Origin: Candidatus Thorarchaeota archaeon | GTDB lineage: Archaea > Asgardarchaeota > Thorarchaeia > Thorarchaeales > Thorarchaeaceae | Length of the DNA: 59,004 nucleotides | Direction: 5' to 3' | Assembly: GCA_004524445.1 (NCBI GenBank) | Contig: SDNP01000019.1 | Location: forward strand, 1-59,004 | In this document: positions 10,099 through 19,900 of the stretch, piece after piece | Layout: each line of letters begins with the position of its first letter | Position numbering within the stretch: position 1 is the first letter of the stretch | The notes under the pieces: model-generated | The model's input: the letters and a program-made list of their open reading frames with translations, nothing else | The model's database searches: none | Told to the model about the DNA's origin: nothing | Made by a program: the position numbers and the translations under genes

Positions 10099-11985
10099 CT
10101 ACACTTCTCTGGAAAAGATTGCCTGATGTGTAATCAAATTGGGTAACAACAATGCCTGAGGTGGGGCGAAACTCGTCTTCTCAAGAATCACCTGAATAAG
10201 CTCATCAAGCGGCATCTTAACTTGGTCACCTGATTCTCTCCGGCGCACCGGCAATTCCTCAGAGTCAATTTCTCTATCCCCGATCACACAGACATATGGT
10301 GTCCACATTTTCTCAGCAGACCGTATCTTCTTGCCCACTGTGGAGTCCCGGTCGTCTATTTCGTACCGAATGTGCGCCTTTTCCAACTCCACTGCAATTT
10401 TCTTGCAATATTCTATATGAGAATCCTCTACTGGAATCAATCGAACTTGAACTGGTGTCATCCAGAGGGGGAGCATCGGCTTCTTACCACGCTTCATGTC
10501 CTTTGATGCCTGTTCGAGCACTCCATACAAGATTCTCTCCACTGATCCAGACGGAGAAGTGTGCAGTATGAGTGGCCTCTTCTCTTCGCCATCCTCATCT
10601 ACATAGGAAATATCAAAACGCTCAGCATTCTCAACATCAATTTGAATTGTACCCAGACATCCGGCTTTTTCCTGAGTATCAACTACGTTCCATTCGCCTT
10701 TGAAAATAAAATAGGCATAGCGTTCTTCAAAGACCTCAATCATGACTGGCTTACCAATTCTCTTCACTACGTCATTGACGAAGTCCTCATTTTCCTCGTA
10801 GAACGATTTCAGAAGCCTAAATGAAACCTCGTAGTCAACTTCTAGTTCCTTCATCAGTTTCTCCACAAACTCAAGTTGGTTTCTCACAGAGTCCATAGCC
10901 ATATCGACATCAGCAACAAACTCGTGGATATCAGGCATTGTGAAGGCTCTGGGTCGTCGCATACCTGCTAGTTCTCCACTTTGTTCACGTCGATAGCTTG
11001 CAGCTATCTCAAAGAGCTTCAAAGGTAGCTGTTTGTGTGATACCACTGCCTGTGATAGGAGCAAAAACTGACCAAAGCATGCGGAGAATCTTGCGAAGTA
11101 GTCATGGTCGCCAGACCTCACGACGTATTGCCGTGATGGAAACCGCTGCAAGTATGATTTGAGAGACGGGTGTTGGTAGTCATAGATAAGTGGAGTCTGC
11201 ACCACATGAGCACCATAATCCACCATCTCTTTCGTAACTCGGGACTCAGCTGCTCGCTTCAGCGTAAGCCCTCTGGGTGGCCACCTGAAGTTTCCTGCGT
11301 CAGAACCGGGTTCATAATCAACGAGCTCCAGATTCTTCATCAGTTCAATATGTGATGGAGCCTCATGAGCTGTTCTGTCCTTGGAGGTCTCATAGTTGAC
11401 GTAGAGACGCAATTCTTCGAAGCCCGTATAGTCAAACTTCTCAACTTCAGTTTTTGTGCCATCTGGTTCAAGAATGAAGAACTTGGAAACAACACCCTCT
11501 TCGGCCTCGATAGCAGTGAGATCTTCCTCGGCACTAACCTCCTTGGTCTTGATCTCCTCTTCTGTAATATCCAGAACCTTTGAGCGTTCTGCTAGAGGAT
11601 GACCTTTACAATGAATCATAAATGACTTGTACCAGCCAAATGGGACTCGAAGTACATCATATCCCTGCTCCTTTAAGTTAGCTTCAACTTTCTTCAGCAG
11701 TTTCAATGCAGTGCTTGGTGGAGACGGCTTCTCGGTGAGATGAACCCAAGGATAGATTATAATACGATCTTCCTGAACCTCCTCAGCTGCATCGGCAATC
11801 ATATCAGCTGTAGCGCTTGCGGCTAGGTTCACATCTCTCTGGTCAGAGGTCTCTGCAGCAATGAAATTGACTAGACATGAATCGTCAGTTTTGTATGATT
11901 TCTCTTCTATTGCCTCGGCACTCTTCAGCGCCTTTCGTTTAGCTTCATAGGAGAATCCATCACTGTGTATTTGTAGCATTCTCAT
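10099..11985 (-). CDS. thrS: threonine--tRNA ligase, archaeal type with N-terminal editing domain
   Basis: MRMLQIHSD, YPWVHL, PFGWYK, CKGHPLAE editing domain; Zn ligands in FSACFG, MPDIHE, ILHTSPSGSVER; anticodon domain PLWMTPVQVRLIP. Confidence 0.96.
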   Translation of the reverse strand: MRMLQIHSDGFSYEAKRKALKSAEAIEEKSYKTDDSCLVNFIAAETSDQRDVNLAASATADMIADAAEEVQEDRIIIYPWVHLTEKPSPPSTALKLLKKVEANLKEQGYDVLRVPFGWYKSFMIHCKGHPLAERSKVLDITEEEIKTKEVSAEEDLTAIEAEEGVVSKFFILEPDGTKTEVEKFDYTGFEELRLYVNYETSKDRTAHEAPSHIELMKNLELVDYEPGSDAGNFRWPPRGLTLKRAAESRVTKEMVDYGAHVVQTPLIYDYQHPSLKSYLQRFPSRQYVVRSGDHDYFARFSACFGQFLLLSQAVVSHKQLPLKLFEIAASYRREQSGELAGMRRPRAFTMPDIHEFVADVDMAMDSVRNQLEFVEKLMKELEVDYEVSFRLLKSFYEENEDFVNDVVKRIGKPVMIEVFEERYAYFIFKGEWNVVDTQEKAGCLGTIQIDVENAERFDISYVDEDGEEKRPLILHTSPSGSVERILYGVLEQASKDMKRGKKPMLPLWMTPVQVRLIPVEDSHIEYCKKIAVELEKAHIRYEIDDRDSTVGKKIRSAEKMWTPYVCVIGDREIDSEELPVRRRESGDQVKMPLDELIQVILEKTSFAPPQALLLPNLITHQAIFSREV

Positions 11986-12194
11986 TGTGAGACCTCTGCA
12001 ATCAGCCTAGTGGCATACTCCATTCTTAAGCTTGATGCAACCTGAGCGTGAATGTTCACATACTTCAAACATGCCAAAAGGCCACTTGGGCTTGTATTCT
12101 GACAGACAAGCATAATAAGCATGCTATATAGGTGCAATGAACGCCCATCCAAGCTTCTTAAAGAAAGGTTGGCGGAAACATAGTAGATTCAAAA

Positions 12195-13787
12195 TTGAAA
12201 GGAGTTCAAATCGTGTCTGACAAGAATGTTGAAGCAGTGCCAAGAGACCCTGTGGTTCATTCAGAAGAAGGATTATCACGATACAGAATCTCAAAACATA
12301 AACCGAAGGAGTTGCCTTACTCAACAAGCTCCATCTGCCCCACGTGTCTTCTTGATAATGAAGATATTCGTGTAATCGAGGCTCGCATATACCGTGAAGA
12401 CAATCAGATTATGATGTCAAAAGAATGTCCTGAACATGGAAAGTTCGTTGATGTCTACTGGTCCGATGCGGATATGTTTGAAAGAGTCATGAAATACTGG
12501 TATAGAACAGTGGGGTTAGACAATCCAAGGACCAAATCCAAGGAAGGGTGCCCAAAGGACTGTGGACAATGCCCAGAACATCTGGCGCACACTGCCCTGG
12601 GACTGATTGATGTTACAAATCGCTGTAACTTGAGGTGTCCGATTTGTTTTGCAAATGCCGCGGCCACCAATCGAATCTATGAACCGACAGATGAGCAAAT
12701 CAAAGAGATGTTGGCAAACCTTCGCAGTAATTTGCCAATTCCTTCACCAGCAGTCCAATTCGCCGGGGGAGAACCAACCGTCAGTGATAAGCTCCCCAAA
12801 TATGTGAGATGGGCAAATGAAATGGGCTTCGATCACATAATAGTAGCCACAAATGGTATCAGAATGGCCAATAATCCCGAATATGTCACTGAATTAAGAG
12901 AAGCGGGCATGAATACGATATACCTACAATTTGACGGGGTATCTGAGAAGCCCTATCTAGAAGCTAGAGGCAGAGACCTCCGTGATATCAAGAACGCCGC
13001 TCTCGATAGCTGTCGACGGGCGCACCTCGATGGCGTAGTGCTGGTGCCGACAATTGTCAAGGGTCTGAACGATTGCGAACTGGGCGATATTGTGAGATTT
13101 GGTATTGAAAATCGAGATATCGTGCGTTGCATCAACATCCAACCTGTTAGCATCACTGGCCGAGTTGATCATGCTGAAAGAAACAGGATGAGAATTACCA
13201 CCCCAGAGGTCATCATCAACATAGAAAAGCAAACGGAAGGAAAGATCAGTAGAGATGACTGGTATCCCGTTTCTTCTATGATGGGAGTTGGCAGAGCGCT
13301 TGGTTTACTGAAGGGCGTACCAACAGTAGAGCTGCATGCTCATTTCGCATGCGGTATGGCAACCTTTCTCTTCCTCGATGATGACGGGTCCTATATCCCC
13401 ATCACAAAGGTCGTCAATCTGGAGAAGCTATTGATGACACTCGAGGATATCTGTGACCTGTATGCTGAGAGAAAAATCCTACGCGGTCTGCGCGCCAAGC
13501 TAAAGCTATTGGGATTCACACGACATATCAAGAAGAAAAGCTACATGAAACCAATAATCACGTCATTTTTGAAGAGGGGATCATACAGTAGCCTCGCAGC
13601 ATTTATGCATCGAGTCATAATGTTGGGAGTTATGCATTTCCAAGACCCATACAACTTGGACTTGGAACGAGTGCAGCATTGTACTATAAACTACGCAACG
13701 CCTGACGGTCGAATAATCCCATTTTGCACCTATAACAATCTCCATCGGAATGGAGTCGAGGGAAAATTCAGTAGCAGGGCAGAGTAG
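12195..13787 (+). CDS. tes: radical SAM protein, tetraether lipid synthase (Tes/GDGT-MAS, MJ0619 family) homolog
   Basis: SICPTC...CPEHG, GCPKDCGQCPEH, DVTNRCNLRCPICFANA, GGEPT, HFACG, MHFQDPYNLDLER..C..YATPDGRIIPFCTYN; alternative start GTG 12213. Confidence 0.8.
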   Translation: MKGVQIVSDKNVEAVPRDPVVHSEEGLSRYRISKHKPKELPYSTSSICPTCLLDNEDIRVIEARIYREDNQIMMSKECPEHGKFVDVYWSDADMFERVMKYWYRTVGLDNPRTKSKEGCPKDCGQCPEHLAHTALGLIDVTNRCNLRCPICFANAAATNRIYEPTDEQIKEMLANLRSNLPIPSPAVQFAGGEPTVSDKLPKYVRWANEMGFDHIIVATNGIRMANNPEYVTELREAGMNTIYLQFDGVSEKPYLEARGRDLRDIKNAALDSCRRAHLDGVVLVPTIVKGLNDCELGDIVRFGIENRDIVRCINIQPVSITGRVDHAERNRMRITTPEVIINIEKQTEGKISRDDWYPVSSMMGVGRALGLLKGVPTVELHAHFACGMATFLFLDDDGSYIPITKVVNLEKLLMTLEDICDLYAERKILRGLRAKLKLLGFTRHIKKKSYMKPIITSFLKRGSYSSLAAFMHRVIMLGVMHFQDPYNLDLERVQHCTINYATPDGRIIPFCTYNNLHRNGVEGKFSSRAE

Positions 13788-13879
13788 ATGGTAGTCATCT
13801 TAAGACCAAATGTAGTTCAAGGACAACCGATACTGTTGAAAATCCTGGTTCGGAGGAATATAACTCCTAGATACATAAT

Positions 13880-13919
13880 TAGGAGTATGCAAGTTGCTTC
13901 CGCACCCTGCATGCTCCTA
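13880..13919 (-). terminator. long 3' hairpin between convergent genes
   Basis: Minus strand UAGGAGCAUGCA-GGGUGC-GGAA-GCAACU-UGCAUACUCCUA, 6 nt after the stop of the 2592-aa gene. Confidence 0.5.
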
Positions 13920-13925
13920 CGTCGT

Positions 13926-16900
13926 TTAGCCCTGTCGTCTATGCCTGATTATCAATAGTATGAAAATCACAATGACAACTGAAGCACCCACTGTTATGAT
14001 TATTCCAACAATCAGGGGGTCAAAGTCACCCGGCGTAGTTGTAGTTCCGGTAGTTGTTTCAGTATCAGTAGTTGTGTCGGCAGCTGGCAAAACCTCTACC
14101 ATTACCGTGTCTGAGATGGTGTTTTCTCCCACATCGACAACCACAATCGTGTAGTTGTAAGTCCCAGAGTCCAATCCGTCAACACTGATCGAAATTGATT
14201 CTGAGTCAGAAGATAACGAGCCATCCTCCACCAAGCTTCCGTTTCGATAGATAGCATAAGCCTCTAGATTATTATCCTCAGCATTCCATGTGATTGTATT
14301 GCCAGTTGCACCTACATAATAGGACAGGTCAGGGGGACTACTGATTGTGGGCTTAATAGTATCAATCACAGTAACTAGTACAGTATCAAATGCAATGTTG
14401 CCAAAGTCGTCCTCAGCTTGAATAGTAAAATTGTACAGTCCAATCGATAACCCATCAACGTTGATAATTACTGTTGCAGGAGTTGTACTCCATTCACCCG
14501 ACCCTATCTCTGTTCCATTTCTGTATACAGTATACGTTCCAGGATTTTCATCATTCACTGTCCAGCTTATAGAGTTGCCAGTATATCCTTCACTGTACTC
14601 AAAATCAGCTGGAGCAGATAATTCAGGGATGTCGCTATCGGTCGTAACATTGACAATGACAGTGTCTGTAACGAAGTTATTGCCCAAGTCATATGCAGCC
14701 ACCGTGTAGTTGTGAATGCCAATACCCAAATCATCTAATGAAACAGTGATGACTTCAGAAGAGCTATTCCAGTCACCTGATCGCTGGAGAATACTATCGA
14801 CATATACCTCATAACGATCTGGATATTCATCTGCTGGAGACCACTGGATGGTATAGCCTAGTTCTCCAAACATGAATGAAATGTCCTCAGGACTATTTAT
14901 GGTTGGAGGCACTTCATCAAATTCAACGATGACAAAGGCAGAGGATGAAGAGGAGTATCCTGCAGTGTCATTCAACCAGAGTGTGTAGTTATATGTGCCA
15001 ATTCCTAGCCCATCAACACTCACGGTAACACTTGAGCCATCCCAGACTCCCGATTCGACAATTGTTCCGTTTCGGTATACGAGATAGTGAGAGGGTGCGG
15101 AATCTGTTGCAGTCCATGTTAATTCGTGTCCTACAGTACCATATAGGTAAGTCAAATCATCAGTTGCTTCAATCTCTGGTCCTGGTCCAAAGATTGTGAC
15201 AAATGTCGTCATGGAACTCTGGTGCCCGTTTTGGTCAGTCGCTACTATTGTGAAATTGTATATTGCTTCATTCAGAGAAGAACAGTCAATAGATTTCATC
15301 TGAACCGAAGAAGTCCAAGGATCTGATACAACCGGAGTATTGTTGCGCCATACAGCGATTTCTTGTGGGTTGTGATCAATACATCTCCACTTAACAGACG
15401 CAGCGAGGTCACCAACAGCGAATGAAAGCTCAGTGTATCCTTGTATTATTGGCGAGTAGTCTATTCCAGAAATATCGCCCGCACTGAAGGTCCCATCTGA
15501 CTCATCCCATCCTACCATCCCTCGGTCATGAGTGACTATTTTCACCTTATACGTGTCAAGATCAGCCCAAGAGGATACATCCCAATCGTACGTGGTTAGG
15601 GTCAATCCTGTGGCAAACAGCATATAGCTTGCTCCACCATCATTCGAAACGTATACCTCGTGCAAGAAATCGGCATCCTGATTCTCAGATTGGGCATCCC
15701 AGAGAATTATGTTCGAACCGCTCCAAACCTCACCACCATTTGGACTAGTTACCTCTACATCAGGTGAGAAGAAGTTGTTGATTTCAACATCAGTCCAGCT
15801 AGATTCGAATGCCTGTCCCAAGTCATTGTACGCAGTGCCCACAACTGTCCTTGTAACATTCATTCCGAAGTCGTAGGTATCATACACAACAGAATTTGTA
15901 TCTGAAGAAGCCTTAACCCCTGCTCTTGTGTCCACTGTCAGGTCATAAGAACCGGATGCCAAATCGTAATCGAATATTCCTACAGCAAGTGTTGCTTCTG
16001 AGCCGCTGAAGTCTGCCACAAACTGCCCAGATTCCGGCTTGTTACTTGTTGACATTTGGCCTGCAAGAAGGTTATTACCGTAACTCCACGTAGAATCATC
16101 TTGCATTACGCCATCTATGCTGTACCACCATGCCATGATATCAGAGTCACCATTAGTGAAGTCGCAGAGAATATCAACAGTATCTCCACTCTTAATGCCA
16201 GTTATGTACTCCCATGCAAATTCATTAGGATCAATCATTCCACTGAAGGGATCATAGCTGGCGCTAGGTATGACAAGGGGTCCGGAGTTTTCATATAATA
16301 TACCAGTTAGGAAATTGACTTCTGTGGATGAAACTGTATATTCAGGCATATTCGGCAGAAACTCTTGAGAGAATGTCACATTGACGATGACATGATCTCC
16401 AGTGAGCGTGTCACCAGAGGTGAATGTGCGCACAGTTGGGTCAGAATTGGAGTAATATGTGTTGGAAACTGTCGGTGTAGGCACAGATTCATACCACATC
16501 GCCTTCAGCGTAATGTTCACAGGCAACTCCTGCTCGCTTGGGATGGAAGTAGGATGAAGCAGAATATAGTATGTGTCTTTGCCGTCATTTGAAACATCCA
16601 ATAAAAGAGAAGCTGAAGTTGTAGTAGAACCTGTCGTCTCTGCCAGACTTGTGCCATTCTTACCATAAACATTCATGTAAAGCGAGGTGTTTGGATCGTC
16701 CCAAAGCAAACGGAGCCCAATTAGGCTCGCAGTAGCATGTGGATTATGAATCACAAAACTCCGGAAGTCCCAATCATCTGGGTTTTCTTCCATGCAACCA
16801 AAAACAGGGGAATCATATGGCTCTAGAGTGTAGCCATAGTCTTCCACGATTACATGTTCCTCACCGGAAATCCCTGTGAGATTACCAACGAGTGTGTAGC

Positions 16901-19900
16901 TCCATGGCACCCGATTCGTATTGGCACCATCGTTTATCTCAACAAATCCCTGGTAGATACCAGCATCATCTTCTGGGACGGTCAATGTCCAATTCATGCA
17001 GTCATGACCTGCATCCCATGTGGCTGAGAACTCAGGAGCAGGTACCTCCTCCCAAAATATGACGGAACATGTGAAAGCGTTTCCAGGAGACAGGGGATCC
17101 GAATCGAAAACAGGATCATAAGCAACCATGGTCAAATCGCCATCTAGATACTGGTCGAGATTGCTCAATCCTGTTGCAAACTGCATGAGATTTTGATTAC
17201 TCGGGTCATAGGCTCGTGTTAGTAGATCAAGTTCTGCCCCTTGTAAGGAGCCACTACTCCACAAGTTTGGCATTCCATCTGCAGGATCGCTATCAGTCCA
17301 ATCAAACAGAGCCATCCAGGGATATCCCGAAGAGGCAACCGATGCGTCAGCGAATGATATTGCAATTGTAACATAGCTGTATGTGGATATGGCGTTGTCG
17401 TATGCCGTACTCCCAAGCTCATCGCGCAGATTAAACCATCCTGAGGTATTTCTGTTGGATACTGGATCCTCATAGACATAAGTAGTATCGTAGAAAATAT
17501 GTTTCTCGGCCACTTGATACCTATAGGCATTGAATGACCATCCAGTAGTATCGGAAAGCTTAGTGCCAGATGCGTCTGTCAGGACGAACTGCCTTACTGT
17601 ATTTTGCTCATTAGCAGTCAAATTTCCGAAGTAGATGGAACCGTCCGTAAAATTCCTGGGCAAGTCGGTGCCTGCGATATATGTGTCTGTTAAGCTTTCA
17701 GCGCTACTTCTTTGAGTTTCCCAACTATCCTCCAATATATCCATCATATAGTTATGGGAGTCATACGTTTCTACTATGAAACTTGTAGCCTGGGTGACAA
17801 ATTTACATGCCGCCTCGGCATTAATCAGTCCAAATCCTTGTATGGCGGGGTCATATCCCAAGTCTTCAGCTGTGTTTTGAATTATCGACTTAAGCCGATC
17901 AGGAGTCCATGATATTGATTCATTATCCAAAGTATCAATCACCAGAGCAGCAACACCCGCAGCGACGGGAGCAGACTGGCTGGTTCCACTGAAGATGGTG
18001 TAGTTTTTGACATCGCCAGGCCAGTAGGACCCGTCTCTCCAATATTGCTGTAAGTACTGCGCATAGAATGGATTAGCCGAGTAGCCTGCAGAACCAGGAG
18101 CCAAAACATCAGGCTTGGGATAACCCGAGAATGCCGGCCCTCTGCTACTGAAGCCTGCAATGCCCATGCCGTCCTGTTCGGGTCCGAAGTAGTATTCCAG
18201 ATAATGTGAGCTGGTGGATGCACCAACACTCAAAACAGATGATGCACAACCAGGAGGCCCTATAGTCATATACCCTGAACCTTCATTACCCGCTGAGAAC
18301 ACATGTAACATACCTGGATATGCAGCATCCAAATACTGGGGGGCAGAGAGGATCTCCCAAGTGAGGCTCATGTATGTAAACTGACTGCTAGGTTCAGTAA
18401 CCCAACCCCATGAATTGGTGGTCAGATTAGCCTGATGGTTTCCTGTGTAATAGAACTCTTGAGTTGCGTCATTGTAGTCAAATCCACATGCCCATAAATA
18501 TCCGCCAATGTCAGAACCAGAGGTAATGACAGATATTGATAGAAGCTTCGATTGATTCGCGATACCGGGCATCTTGAAGTATGACTGATTATTGGTATCG
18601 AAATAGTCGTACTGTCCTCGGGCGGCGACATGAGCAGCTGTCGCAGTGCCGTGAGTGCCCTGATCAAAATACAGTGCAATAGCATTACAGTCGCTTCGGA
18701 ATCCCTGAAAGATTGCTTCATCGGAGAAGAAGCCGGGATCCATCGTCCAGCATAAAGCCCCTAAACTCAAGTCGTCTATGCCATCAGAGGTAAAATCATG
18801 AGCAACAATCGGGTTACTCAAGTCATAGACCTCTGTTTCATAATCATCAGTGAAGTTCCAGTCAAAAATCGAGATGATTTCGTTTCTGTCGGAGGTTGAA
18901 TTCAGGTCCAAGTCCTCATAGTACATGGCACCATTCCACATCGCCGTCCAGCCTTCTGCAGCCTCCCAGTCAGTAATGACATGGTACTGACCATCGACAG
19001 CGGATTTGTATACGATTACTGGTGCGAAAATCTTAGCATACGGACTCTGTCTCTGTTGGTAAATCCAACCGAAGTGGAAGTCGTTCTCTGCGATTGAGGG
19101 ATTTGGTATCTCCCAATCCTTCCAAATCTCATTATAAACGAATTCTGAAGCATTGTCTATTCCCCATGCCCATGCGTAATATCCAATGAATCCCACAACA
19201 CTGCCATATGGATATCCATCTCCATAGGGTGGAAGCAGCCCCATAAGATGTCGAGTGCTACCCTGCATATTGACTACTGGGTCCCACCCAGTGACATTCA
19301 GATAGAATTTGCCATTCTCCTCATAAGTTAGGACATTTCCTGAACTGACCCAAGACTCTGGGTCAGCTAGATTTGATGAATTACCAATTGAATTGCTCAG
19401 AACCAGTGAGTAACCCGTGGGATCATAACTATCCGGATGATAGGCATCCTGAAGGTCTGGCTGACCGAAATCGCAGCCCGTATCCAAATGACCTACTGTT
19501 ACACCCTCGCCCGTGAACTGCGATGCCGTGGAACCAGTGGAGCCAACAATAGTCCTGAATTCTGCCATATCGGGTGTGGCTGAAACCGGCAAATTGGAGT
19601 CAGACATATCACGTGAGAGGTCGTCTCTTCGAGGGACCAAATACTCATCAGCATCAATGAAGGTTACACCTGTTGTTTCCGAAAGCTCGGAGATAGTGGT
19701 TCGTGATGGAGCCAAAGCCTTAGTGATTCGAAAAGCTCTGAGATCAACAGACCATTGTACATCCACGATTGAGCGAATTTCGTTGTAGTCAGACCAAGGT
19801 GCTGAGTATATGATGATACTCGGCATATTTTGTTGTACCACCATATTTGGTTTCAGCTCACCTGTGTCCATCCATCTGAAAAGAGATTCATCAATTTCGG

